Shown: positions 1-8,372 of the stretch, piece by piece
Layout of the letters: every line of letters begins with the position of its first letter
Position numbering within the stretch: the stretch's first letter is position 1
The notes under the pieces: generated by a model
Databases searched by the model: none
What the model saw: only the letters and a program-made list of their open reading frames with translations
Told to the model about the DNA's origin: nothing
Virus record (IMG/VR): IMGVR_UViG_3300044657_000313
Location: 1 to 33,962 of that record
DNA: 33,962 nucleotides
Reading direction: 5' to 3' (one strand)
Origin: a virus
Taxonomy: Duplodnaviria > Caudoviricetes
Made by a program: the position numbers and the translations under genes

Positions 1-799
1 GCGTTGCATAGTTTTTGTCCGCACGTTCCGAAATCTTCGTTGTCATGTCAGCACCGACGCCAAGAAGCAAACCTTCATTGTGGAATGCAAAACAGCGGCG
101 ATCGCTAGAACCATCAACAGGAACCAACTTGGTGCCGTCAATGCGCTTGCCGTTCACCGGGATAAAACGGAATCCCAAGAAAGTGTCGATTTCACCGCGA
201 GCAAGTGCCTTGACCGTATTGAAATCTGAACTTTTGATTTCAGTCGTATTCAAGAGGTCACTTACCTGATCGGCGGTGCAAACAATAACACGACCATTTT
301 CAGGAACATCGTCACCGTCCATCGTTTCTTTGGCAGAGAGAAGCTTCGCAAGCGTAAGGCCAGTGGCAGCAGCGGCAATGGCCGTCTGACCTGCGACAGT
401 AGTCCCGCCAGAAACGCCGGTATAAGCATTGCCAAGAGCAGCGTCGATGAGAACTTCGTCCATTGCACGACCCATGGCCATGGCCGCAGCGCGGGCATAG
501 TCAGAAGTCGGATCAATGAGCATCCGGACCTTGTCCTCATTATCAATGAGGTCGGCCCAGTCAAAATCCTCAAGCGAAACGCGACGGCGCGCATGAGGGG
601 TATCGACACGCGGCGTGTCGGAGTGGCGAGAAGTGCGGCGCTGTGCAGCGGTCGCACCAATCTGTTCAAAAAAGGCATTTTTGCCAGTAACGACTTCTTC
701 ACGGACTGAACTGCGCAACTTTGACCCGTCCTGTTGGACAAGGTGCTGGACATTGGCGCTGTACTGTTCCACAAAGGCCGTTGTCACTTGAATGGACAT
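1..799 (-). CDS. Major capsid protein, N-terminal part (runs off the left edge)
   Basis: Absent from the ORF track because it has no stop in the window. My translation from the ATG at 799 (RBS AGGAG upstream) is MSIQVTTAFVEQYSANVQHLVQQDGSKLRSSVREEVVTGKNAFFEQIG...RRRVSLEDFDWADLIDNEDKVRMLIDPTSDYARAAAMAMGRAMDEVLIDAA...GEIDTFLGFRFI...KISERADKNYAT. This is a typical podoviral HK97-fold capsid and lies downstream of portal and scaffold. Confidence 0.95.
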   Translation of the reverse strand, partial: MSIQVTTAFVEQYSANVQHLVQQDGSKLRSSVREEVVTGKNAFFEQIGATAAQRRTSRHSDTPRVDTPHARRRVSLEDFDWADLIDNEDKVRMLIDPTSDYARAAAMAMGRAMDEVLIDAALGNAYTGVSGGTTVAGQTAIAAAATGLTLAKLLSAKETMDGDDVPENGRVIVCTADQVSDLLNTTEIKSSDFNTVKALARGEIDTFLGFRFIPVNGKRIDGTKLVPVDGSSDRRCFAFHNEGLLLGVGADMTTKISERADKNYAT

Positions 800-831
800 C
801 GGTATGCTCCTAGTTGGGTTAAAACAGTAAT

Positions 832-901
832 TTAGGGTTGTCGTCAGCGACGGCCCAAGCTGCCCTCGTGAGTCCGTGGGTTCCGTTTGGAATTGTCCAC
901 G
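832..901 (-). promoter_or_regulatory. Structured 5' leader of the capsid gene (two hairpins with ACAA/C internal loops)
   Basis: Minus strand: CGTGG-ACAA-TTCC-aaac-GGAA-C-CCACG (901-875) and GGG-C-CGTC-gct-GACG-ACAA-CCC (856-835). Confidence 0.55.
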
Positions 902-919
902 TATATTAAAGGCAATCTG

Positions 920-947
920 ATTGTATCAGAAACATTCCAATATGCAA
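920..947 (-). promoter_or_regulatory. Putative sigma70-type promoter for the capsid operon
   Basis: TTGCAT-16 nt-TACAAT on the minus strand, just downstream of a terminator. A 6-bp inverted repeat TCTGAT-tgt-ATCAGA (916-930) overlaps the -10 box. Confidence 0.55.
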
Positions 948-951
948 AACA

Positions 952-982
952 ATAAAAACCCTGCCGAAGCAGGGCTTTTTTT
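952..982 (-). terminator. Rho-independent terminator (possibly bidirectional)
   Basis: Minus strand CCCTGC-TTCG-GCAGGG-TTTTTATT, with a cUUCGg tetraloop. A T-run is also present on the plus-strand side. Confidence 0.8.
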
Positions 983-1130
983 AGTACGTTTTAGGTGGGC
1001 GTCCAAGTTTAGGTTTGTCTGACTTCATGATCCAGTCGTAATAGACTTGAGCGGCCTTTAAAGTTGCATCAGGACTGCCGGTCTGGGCGAGTTTCAAGCA
1101 TTCCAACTTGATAGCTAATTCGTCTGTCAT
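981..1130 (-). CDS. Small hypothetical protein (49 aa)
   Basis: MTDELAIKLECLKLAQTGSPDATLKAAQVYYDWIMKSDKPKLGRPPKTY*. The ATG overlaps the scaffold stop (TGATG) and the stop abuts the terminator. Too short for the ORF track. Confidence 0.7.
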   Translation of the reverse strand: MTDELAIKLECLKLAQTGSPDATLKAAQVYYDWIMKSDKPKLGRPPKTY

Positions 1131-1963
1131 CAGTCAGAATACGCTTGATTAAACAAATCCTGAACCTTTTTGACCATCGCGGTGTGTTCAGGGTGGCGTC
1201 TGTCGGTATAAGCCGGGTGCGACATTATCGTTGACGCTTCGGAACGCGCTTCTTCAGGCGTCAACGCCATCTGAGTACCACCAGACGGACCGGCCAAATC
1301 CTTATCAGCCATTGTCGTCTTGGCAATATTGGCAAACGCCTTCAGAACGTCCGGGTCATTACCAAGCCCGCTTGCCTCCATCTTGGCGCTTAGGGCATCT
1401 CCGCCGTATTCCTTGAACGCTTTGCGGGCAAACCCAATATTCTGATCGTAAGCGCGGCCCCACTCTGCCTTTAGCGCGATTTCACCCTGTTCCATCGACT
1501 GGTCAATGGTGCTTTTATACGCTTCGTGTTGTTCGTTGACGCTCCCCGCCTGCCACGCAACTAGGCTCTTGACCTGATTGGCGTTCAGACCCAGTCGGTG
1601 AGCTTCTTGCTTGAACGACGAGAGCCTCTGCTCACTGAACTGCGCGGCGACTTCGTCTGGCATACCATCTGGCAGCGCAATTTCATATTTTTCAGGGCTT
1701 TCAGGGCGACCAAGGAACTCGTAAACGTCATCCCAATCGCTATCCGTAACCGGCTTGGCAATCTTGTCACGGCCAAGATGCGATTGCAGATTTACGTAAG
1801 AAGCTGCAAGGCCATTTATGTCTTTGAATTTCGAGAAACTAGGGTTTTCCCTAATGTCATCCGAAAGAGATGCTCGCCAGTCGCCTGCATCTGTAGACTT
1901 TTCCGTTACGCTAACCGCTTCTGCATTATCTGCCGTATCGGCAGGTGCGATGTCGTTAGGCAT
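1130..1963 (-). CDS. Capsid assembly (scaffolding) protein
   Basis: Acidic helical protein between portal and capsid. Motifs WRASL, LGRPESPEKY, LKAEWGRAYD and C-terminal HPAYTDRRHPEH are typical of podoviral scaffolds. Likely start is the ATG at 1963 (MPNDIAP), downstream of CAGGAG. Confidence 0.85.
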   Translation of the reverse strand: MPNDIAPADTADNAEAVSVTEKSTDAGDWRASLSDDIRENPSFSKFKDINGLAASYVNLQSHLGRDKIAKPVTDSDWDDVYEFLGRPESPEKYEIALPDGMPDEVAAQFSEQRLSSFKQEAHRLGLNANQVKSLVAWQAGSVNEQHEAYKSTIDQSMEQGEIALKAEWGRAYDQNIGFARKAFKEYGGDALSAKMEASGLGNDPDVLKAFANIAKTTMADKDLAGPSGGTQMALTPEEARSEASTIMSHPAYTDRRHPEHTAMVKKVQDLFNQAYSD

Positions 1964-2195
1964 TAACCATAATCTCCTGTGAAAGTTCAAGGAATCGTTC
2001 TGGTGTTTCTTCCAAGGCCGTCAGAATCATCAATGCGACGTTTCTCATGCCCTCGTTGAATGCGGTATTTTCCAATGCTTCGCCGGGTATAAACGATGGC
2101 CTGAGAACGCCGCATTCACGACAGATGTGCGAAAGCACGCGCTTGCCTTCCTCCGACGAGAAGACGAATTGGAAATCTTCTTTACTAACCGACAA
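1956..2195 (-). CDS. Small conserved phage protein (Bbp19-like)
   Basis: Motif F.S.EGKRVL...TAFNEG.R.VAL.I and position between portal and scaffold, as in BPP-1-like podoviruses. Confidence 0.7.
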   Translation of the reverse strand: MSVSKEDFQFVFSSEEGKRVLSHICRECGVLRPSFIPGEALENTAFNEGMRNVALMILTALEETPERFLELSQEIMVNA

Positions 2196-3825
2196 GGCTT
2201 AACCCCGCATCACCAGCAGTCTTGGCTACGTTTGCGCCCTTCTGCATCATATCCATGACTTGTGCTCCCTGCATCATCTGCTGCTGGGCCGCTTGGGCTT
2301 CTTGCTGCGCCTTGGCTTCCTCCATCAACTCCTCGTTTGATTTTAGCAACATTGGAGGGACACCATTGAGTTGCGCAATGTGTCGAACAGTATCAGCGCC
2401 CTTGATGATTTGAGCAGCCTGCGGGTCTAAGCCAGCAATTGGCCCAATGAACTCAAGCGTCCGCATGATCCCCTGCGTCTCAGTCTGGCGCTGCGCTCGC
2501 GCAAGCGGAGATACATATTCAATCTTCAGTTCCTGCTCTGAAATGGATTCAGGCGGCTCCGGCAGACGGCCAGAGCGCGACAGGACGCCGAAGATACGTT
2601 CAATCATCGGGCCAAGGAACTCCGACTGGAGGCGTCCCAGCGTCGGCCCTAGCAGCCGCAACGTGCGCTCGGTACGCTCGACCACCTCCGTCGCGGTCAT
2701 GCGCGGTGCGCCTTGGAACTGCAATTGGTCGAGGAAGAACGTGGTTCGAATCCGATCACGCAAGTCTGTCATCATCTCATAACTGATGCCGATATTGCCG
2801 CCGGTAAGCAGCGGCTCGATCCTGGCACCGGACGACGCACGGTAATAATTCAAACCGCCCGGGATGGTGCGAACTGGACCAAGCACGCCGTCATCAGGGA
2901 CCAAAAGCGGCGGATCGACGACCTTCTGCGCCGCCTTAATGGTCGTTTTCATGATTTCCTGAAGCATTTTTATATCAGGAAGCGCAGTCATGGCTGGAGA
3001 CCTGCCGAACACTTCGCCAACCGTTTTTGCCCAACGGCTGACCATGTATGGCATCTCATCAAAGCCGCCTTCTGCCAGGACGTGGTGCTCTTTCTCGTCG
3101 ATATATACAGACGCCACTGGCAACATGGTTGCCGCCCGCTTGCCCCTGTCCACATCGTCACGCGGGTACACACAATGCAAAAGGTCGATTTCCTTGTCGA
3201 ACTCCTGCTTCTCGTACATTCGCTTGATGCGCGGAGACAGAGACTTCTCGCCCCACTTTTGCACGATCTGGCGGACGGTCATCTTGAAACTGCGAAAAAC
3301 CGTATCAATGATGCCGTCAGCGTTCTCGGCAATAAAGATTTCATCAATATGAATGGCTCGGAAACTGATCCCCTCACGGGTTGATGGCTCGCCAACAAAC
3401 ATGCACGCCGTGCCGATAGAGCAAAGCGACAGATAGTATTCGTGAATGTGCGACGGAAATGCCACCGACGGTGCCGATATCTCAGCCATTACAGCGTTCG
3501 TCGTGTCCTCAAGCCATTGCTTGGCCTCGGAGCCGCTTCCAGTGCCTTGGCTGTCGTTCTTAAGCCGCAAGCTGAACCAGTTAGACGCTGGGTTCGTGAG
3601 CATCCCGTGCAAACCAGCCGCCAGCATTTCATTCGCATGGATGCCAGTGCTGTCATAGACCAGCGTCGTGCGCTTGTCACCCTTGGACCGCTTCAGGTTG
3701 AAGTCGGCTTCGTTCGGCAGAACAAAATTGGACAGGTCTTGCCAGTGGGTTTCCCATGTCCCGCGCTGGGCCTTCAGTTTGCCCTTACGTTTGACAAGGT
3801 GAATTACCTGTTCCTGACTAATCAT
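2185..3825 (-). CDS. Portal (head-tail connector) protein
   Basis: 546 aa with T7-gp8/BPP-1-type motifs: YDSTG, WFSL, PYMVSRW..GEVFGRSPAMTALPDIKMLQ, MTATEV.ER, IEYVSPLARAQ. Confidence 0.95.
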   Translation of the reverse strand: MISQEQVIHLVKRKGKLKAQRGTWETHWQDLSNFVLPNEADFNLKRSKGDKRTTLVYDSTGIHANEMLAAGLHGMLTNPASNWFSLRLKNDSQGTGSGSEAKQWLEDTTNAVMAEISAPSVAFPSHIHEYYLSLCSIGTACMFVGEPSTREGISFRAIHIDEIFIAENADGIIDTVFRSFKMTVRQIVQKWGEKSLSPRIKRMYEKQEFDKEIDLLHCVYPRDDVDRGKRAATMLPVASVYIDEKEHHVLAEGGFDEMPYMVSRWAKTVGEVFGRSPAMTALPDIKMLQEIMKTTIKAAQKVVDPPLLVPDDGVLGPVRTIPGGLNYYRASSGARIEPLLTGGNIGISYEMMTDLRDRIRTTFFLDQLQFQGAPRMTATEVVERTERTLRLLGPTLGRLQSEFLGPMIERIFGVLSRSGRLPEPPESISEQELKIEYVSPLARAQRQTETQGIMRTLEFIGPIAGLDPQAAQIIKGADTVRHIAQLNGVPPMLLKSNEELMEEAKAQQEAQAAQQQMMQGAQVMDMMQKGANVAKTAGDAGLSLVG

Positions 3826-3834
3826 GCGGGCGCC

Positions 3835-4410
3835 TTAGACGGTTGGGAATGCGAAGGCTTGGAAATTGAAATCCTCTACAGTCACAGCAGCGGTGCTTGT
3901 CTCATTCGTGACATGGATTTCCAGATAGTCGTTCACACTCATCAATGCACTACCCTGCACCACAACAGCGCCAAGTTCGCCGGATGCGCTAATCTTACGG
4001 CTTACAAGGCTGGAGGTTACCAACGAGCCGGACGTTCCGCTGTCGTCGTAATGCCAACCTTTTAAAGACACGACCTGATTATTAGACGCCGCCGAAAGCG
4101 AGCAGGACGCGCTGAACAACACAAGCCTATCCGGCGCGCCGGTATAGCGCAGCCGCCCGGTATTCGTGGCGTCGTTGTCAAACAGCAACTCATTGCCCGA
4201 AAGCGCCGTGGTCCCGGCAATCTTGTAATAGGTTCCCGAGACCGTGATCGTAGTCGCGGTGGCGTTGCCCTGCATGGAACACTCACCAAAGCTGGGGCGC
4301 AGCGAAACAATCAAGTCCCGCACATCGTTTGCGGTGATCGCGTTAGCCGCCTGCCCGTCTTGAAAAAGAGTGGAGAGCAGCGTTGCTGTGGTTCGAACCG
4401 TGTCTACCAT
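3835..4410 (-). CDS. Putative virion protein / head fibre with beta-rich (C1q/TNF-like) C-terminal domain
   Basis: 191 aa, Thr/Ser/Ala rich. N-terminal ITANDVRD motif, and C-terminal beta strands GRLRYTG...SASCSLS...NDYLEIHVTN. Confidence 0.5.
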   Translation of the reverse strand: MVDTVRTTATLLSTLFQDGQAANAITANDVRDLIVSLRPSFGECSMQGNATATTITVSGTYYKIAGTTALSGNELLFDNDATNTGRLRYTGAPDRLVLFSASCSLSAASNNQVVSLKGWHYDDSGTSGSLVTSSLVSRKISASGELGAVVVQGSALMSVNDYLEIHVTNETSTAAVTVEDFNFQAFAFPTV

Positions 4411-4637
4411 TACTCACCGAGCAGCGTTTTCTTGCCGCCGGTTTCGGCAACACCCGAACCATCAGTAGCAGTGGCACTAGTCAGAATTGTTGACTGCCGG
4501 CCCATGGCACCAGCGGCACGACGACGCGCCATCTGTTCTGCGGCGCGGACTTCTTCCGCTGATTTCTCAGGCGGCGGAGGCGGAGGCGGAGGCGGAGGCG
4601 GAGCTGGGGCTTTTGGAGACGAAAAGATGCCACCCAT
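4410..4637 (-). CDS. Small proline-rich virion-associated protein (T7 gp7.3-like position)
   Basis: MGGIFSSPK-(P)11-...RRRAAGAMGRQSTILT...KKTLLGE. This pattern is typical of the small protein upstream of podoviral portals. Confidence 0.75.
   Translation of the reverse strand: MGGIFSSPKAPAPPPPPPPPPPPEKSAEEVRAAEQMARRRAAGAMGRQSTILTSATATDGSGVAETGGKKTLLGE
4573..4602. repeat. (GGCGGA)5 tandem repeat encoding polyproline
   Basis: Five exact hexamer copies. Confidence 0.9.
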
Positions 4638-4674
4638 GTCTCATATCCTTTAAGAAATTATGCCGCTTTTGCAA

Positions 4675-4704
4675 ACTATACCACGCCAACCGGTTTTTTG
4701 TAAA
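4675..4704 (-). promoter_or_regulatory. Putative promoter for the portal operon
   Basis: TTTACA-18 nt-TATAGT with TG of an extended -10, upstream of the RBS AAGGA of the Pro-rich gene. Confidence 0.4.
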
Positions 4705-5134
4705 TAACGTATTTTTCGGTATATCCAAGCCGCTCATATAGCTGCCCAGTCCTGTCCGGTGTAATGCCTGCCGACACACCCAGCAGAGGCTCTTTGACAC
4801 CTTTTGCCTCACACCAGCGGGAGTACAGTTTGACCAGACGCGCACCTATCGTGCCGCCCCGGTGCTCTGGCATTACATAAATCGCAAGGTCGCCGCTGGT
4901 CAGGTCATTGCCGAAGAAATGCGGCGCAACGTAGCCGATACAAAATCCAATGATGCCGCCATCGCGTTCAGCGACCAGCACAAGCCACGCTTCAGGGTTG
5001 CCCAGAATCGTTTTGCCAAGGTCGCGCAGCTTCCCAGGATCAAAGTCAAGTTTCGCATATCTGCTTTCCTTGTGCATCGCCGCGCCCATGTCGATCAGGA
5101 CGGGTATGTCCTGCGCGGTCATGGGGCGGATCAT
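4676..5134 (-). CDS. GNAT-family acetyltransferase
   Basis: MIRPMTAQDIP..., LVAERDGGIIGF, acetyl-CoA motif A YVMPEHRGGTIGARLV, and LYERLGY. Confidence 0.85.
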   Translation of the reverse strand: MIRPMTAQDIPVLIDMGAAMHKESRYAKLDFDPGKLRDLGKTILGNPEAWLVLVAERDGGIIGFCIGYVAPHFFGNDLTSGDLAIYVMPEHRGGTIGARLVKLYSRWCEAKGVKEPLLGVSAGITPDRTGQLYERLGYTEKYVIYKKPVGVV

Positions 5135-5220
5135 TTGTTGCCTTTAGGTTTCTTTTTGGGTTTGGCCTTGCCCATCTTGCGGTACCCTTCGGTGAGTAGC
5201 GTTTTGACGTTGTCGCTCAT
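5131..5220 (-). CDS. Tiny basic peptide (29 aa)
   Basis: MSDNVKTLLTEGYRKMGKAKPKKKPKGNK*. It fills the terL-GNAT gap exactly and its stop overlaps the GNAT start (ATGA). Confidence 0.55.
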   Translation of the reverse strand: MSDNVKTLLTEGYRKMGKAKPKKKPKGNK

Positions 5221-5221
5221 C

Positions 5222-6529
5222 TCAATCCCCTATCGCCACGGCCTGTCGGCCTCGGTAGTCGTTGGTTTCGTAGTTCATGACGTTGTAATCCATATCCGCT
5301 ATTGCTTGCTGACGGTACACCTCGCCTGCCTTGTTGACCAGCTTCGGGAATAGCTCGGTAAATCCCCACACCATGGCATCGACCCGGTCGGGCGAGCCGT
5401 CGCCTTCGTAACCGGCTGCGGTCATCTGGCACATCTCAGACTCCAATTCGGGGAACGTGCCGACGTGGTGAATGCGGCCCAGCGCGTAGAGCGCGCTGAT
5501 AGGCTCAGCCCGGACGTGCTTGCCCCGTGTCGCGTGCACCTCGATTATGTTGATGCCTGGGCGGACGCTTTCGAGAACGTGTCTGCACATATCGCCGCCC
5601 TGGTTTTTCTCAATCACAATCCCGTCGGCATCGTAGCGGTCGTAGAGGGCGATGGCACGCCTTGCCCATTGCTCCGGTGCGCCACGGGTGCTGCCATCCT
5701 CCAGGACATAGCCATGCCCGGACTGGCTGGACGCCACCGCCAGGACGCCGTGGCTGTCGGAATGCTCGTGGCTAGATACCGCCGGATCAACGGCTATCAG
5801 GATGCGCGACAGATCGTTCGGCACCTCGGTTTGGCGCCCTTCGTTGATGTCGCGCATGGTCCAGATAGCGCCGACCGCTTGCGGCTCATAGTCGCCTTGC
5901 CAGATATGGCTATATCTATCGGGCCGCATACGGTGATCGAGCAAACGCTCGGCCTCCAACTCCTTCGGGAACCACGGGTTGCTGTCGTAATTGACCTGCA
6001 CAACCGCCGCGCCTTTTGGCACGTCATCGCCGCGCAGGAACTTGTCCACGGCATCCATGCGATTGCGCGGGTTCCAACTGAAGTACATCTGCGAACCGGG
6101 CGAACGAATGGTCGGTCGCAATAGCTCAAGCGACTTAGCCGACAGCGTCTGGGCCTCCTCCACCCACGCAATCCTGAACCCCTCCAATGATTTGATTGAT
6201 TCCGCAGTGTGGTCTTGCATACCCATAAAGATAACCACACCGCCCTGCGGCGTCTCGATGCGGTCATGCATCACGCGGAACCGATCAGCCACGCCCAGCG
6301 CAGTGATCTTATCGCCGATCAGCCTATACGCCGACTCACGCAAGGATTTCTGCACTTCACGAATGCAGACGGCGCGAATGGTCGGATCTTCAATCATCCT
6401 GTCCACGATCCGCTCGGCAAAATGATGGCTTTTTCCGCTGCCGCGCCCGCCATGCGCGCCGAGGTAGCGCAAATCCGGCTGGAACAGGGGCCGAAATGCT
6501 TTAGGCGTCGGGATCGTTAATTTTGCCAT
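5222..6529 (-). CDS. terL: Terminase large subunit
   Basis: Walker A GGRGSGKS, Walker B AWVEEA, coupling motif SWNP, nuclease IAVDPA...SPDRVDAMVW. Likely ATG at 6529. Confidence 0.97.
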   Translation of the reverse strand: MAKLTIPTPKAFRPLFQPDLRYLGAHGGRGSGKSHHFAERIVDRMIEDPTIRAVCIREVQKSLRESAYRLIGDKITALGVADRFRVMHDRIETPQGGVVIFMGMQDHTAESIKSLEGFRIAWVEEAQTLSAKSLELLRPTIRSPGSQMYFSWNPRNRMDAVDKFLRGDDVPKGAAVVQVNYDSNPWFPKELEAERLLDHRMRPDRYSHIWQGDYEPQAVGAIWTMRDINEGRQTEVPNDLSRILIAVDPAVSSHEHSDSHGVLAVASSQSGHGYVLEDGSTRGAPEQWARRAIALYDRYDADGIVIEKNQGGDMCRHVLESVRPGINIIEVHATRGKHVRAEPISALYALGRIHHVGTFPELESEMCQMTAAGYEGDGSPDRVDAMVWGFTELFPKLVNKAGEVYRQQAIADMDYNVMNYETNDYRGRQAVAIGD

Positions 6530-6878
6530 CAACAAAAACCCGTTCGATTGTTTCGATCCTGCCGGTATGCTCCTGAACGCTGGTTTCTTTCCAGCCCATC
6601 TGCGTTTTGGCCCAGAGACCCGCTGCCGTCATATTTCCGGCCATTGCCGCGTTGAATATTGACCCTCCAATCTTGGCGTTCGCCTTGATTTTAGCTGTTT
6701 TGAGTTCTGCCGCAAAATGCCTCCGCATCGTCTTGTCGTCGATGCCGTCGCCGATACATGCGGCAATACCTTCATGCGGTATGCCCACGGCGCACATGAG
6801 GCTGACCGTCTTCCGGTCATCATCAGTCGGCTTGTAGCTCGGCCTTCCGTTGGGTTTTCCTGTTGCTTTACGAGGCAT
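6501..6878 (-). CDS. terS: Terminase small subunit
   Basis: MPRKATGKPNGRPSYKPT..., HTH-like IAACIGDGIDDKTMRRHF..EL, GNMTA..LW.KTQMGWKET. Immediately upstream of terL. Start reassigned to the ATG at 6878. Confidence 0.85.
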   Translation of the reverse strand: MPRKATGKPNGRPSYKPTDDDRKTVSLMCAVGIPHEGIAACIGDGIDDKTMRRHFAAELKTAKIKANAKIGGSIFNAAMAGNMTAAGLWAKTQMGWKETSVQEHTGRIETIERVFVDGKINDPDA

Positions 6879-8175
6879 CGGCCAATAGAGGGGAAAAACC
6901 CTCCCCCTTTCTGTCAAATTTGGTTCCGTCAGACTCCAGCGTAGCATCTTTCCCGGTAAAGTCACACCACCGCTTTACGATCACGTCGCAGTATTTGGGG
7001 TCGAGTTCCATAAGCCGAGAATGGCGTCCGTTCTTCTCTGCGGCGATCATAGTGGTGCCAGAGCCGCCGAATGGGTCAAATATCACGCCCGTGTTGCTTT
7101 TCACTATCCTAATGCCGCGCTCTGGCAATTCCACAGGGAAGCAAGCCTTATGGTTTTCGGTCTGTGCGCCCCTATTCGACACCTCCCAGAAGTTGCTTGT
7201 CACCTCCCCAACAGCCACAGGCTGCTTGTTTGTGGATAGAATATAAATAGGCTCCCAATCACGCATTAAAGAGCCCTTGAATGGGATGGTGCTACTCTTT
7301 TTCCAGCAACACTGTTCGACTAAATAATCAAGCCTGTCCTGTATTTGTGAAATGTACTCGAAACGAGATTTGGCGTTGTAACTGACATTCCAGAATATAT
7401 AACCATCTGTCTGTGCAAAGCACATTTCAAGCACATCTTTCGCCAGTTGCACATAATCGCCAGACGCAAGGTTGTCTGAATATCCATCCGCATACAGCTT
7501 CACCGATTTCTTGCCGTTAAAGATATCCCCCTGTCCCGCCTTTGCATCAGCGTTATATGGTGGCGATGTAAACACCATATCAGCCTTAACGCCGCCCATC
7601 AGCTTCTCCACCGCGTCAATGCTGGTCGAGTCCCCACACATCAGCCGGTGGTTGCCTAGCAGCCAAATATCGCCCTCAACCGTCACCGGGTTCTCCGGCA
7701 CGTCAGGCACGGCGTCCTCGTCGGTCAGTCCCTCGGTTTCCTCTTTCAGCACGTTCGCCAGCATATCATCGCCAAACCCAATCAGGCTTAGATCGAAGCC
7801 CTCGGTGTCTAGGTCTTTCATCTCCACCGACAGCAAATCCATATCCCACCCGGCATTCTGGGGCAGTTGATTATCCGCCAGCACATAAGCCTGCTTCTGG
7901 GCCTTGGTCCAGCCGGTCGCCACCATGCACGGCACTTCCTCGATGCCCAGCTTCCGCGCTGCCATGACGCGCCCATGCCCGGCGATAATCTCACCGTCCT
8001 CATCCACCAGCACCGGGGTGGTCCATCCCCACTCTTTTATCGACGCCGCGATCTGGGCAACCTGTGCGTCCGAATGGGTGCGGGCATTTCTGGCGTAGGG
8101 AATTAACGACTCGACCGAACGCCGTTCAATTTTATCAGCGGGCCATGATTTCAAATTTTCTGTTTCAGTTTTCAT
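6868..8175 (-). CDS. ParB-N-terminal domain fused to beta-class N4/N6 DNA methyltransferase
   Basis: ParB-like LIPYARNARTHSDAQV...IIAGHGRVMAA...ADN; catalytic TSPPY; H.A.FP; SAM-binding DPFGGSGTT...ELDPKYCDVIVKRW. Likely ATG at 8175 after CAGGAA. Confidence 0.9.
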   Translation of the reverse strand: MKTETENLKSWPADKIERRSVESLIPYARNARTHSDAQVAQIAASIKEWGWTTPVLVDEDGEIIAGHGRVMAARKLGIEEVPCMVATGWTKAQKQAYVLADNQLPQNAGWDMDLLSVEMKDLDTEGFDLSLIGFGDDMLANVLKEETEGLTDEDAVPDVPENPVTVEGDIWLLGNHRLMCGDSTSIDAVEKLMGGVKADMVFTSPPYNADAKAGQGDIFNGKKSVKLYADGYSDNLASGDYVQLAKDVLEMCFAQTDGYIFWNVSYNAKSRFEYISQIQDRLDYLVEQCCWKKSSTIPFKGSLMRDWEPIYILSTNKQPVAVGEVTSNFWEVSNRGAQTENHKACFPVELPERGIRIVKSNTGVIFDPFGGSGTTMIAAEKNGRHSRLMELDPKYCDVIVKRWCDFTGKDATLESDGTKFDRKGEGFSPLLADAS

Positions 8176-8211
8176 CTGGTGTTCCTGCCTGTTGGTTTGT
8201 CGTAATTTTAA

Positions 8212-8354
8212 CCCGTACAAATCACGCCCCGCAGCCATCGGTACAAATGTACACTGTCTTAAGACAGTGTGTACTTTTTGTACCGGAAGAATGGCGCTTT
8301 TCTGCCATTTGTACATTTTGTACAATTGTACCCAAAATGTACATTTTGTACCGG
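8212..8354. repeat. Putative replication origin: GTAC iterons around a 20-bp palindrome
   Basis: Perfect palindrome ACACTGTCTTAAGACAGTGT (8251-8270), flanked by CGGTACAAA/TTTGTACCG arms. Ten GTAC sites in ~140 bp. AT-rich and directly downstream of the primase-helicase gene. Confidence 0.65.
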
Positions 8355-8372
8355 CAATCATTAACCATTTGT

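Noticed and set aside
262-774. 170-aa minus-strand ORF in the track
   Set aside because: Alternate frame overlapping the true capsid ORF (799->1).
2738-2760. tRNA T-loop-like GGTTCGAATCC
   Set aside because: Inside the portal gene and no cloverleaf can be formed. The same applies to GGTTCGAACC near 4390.
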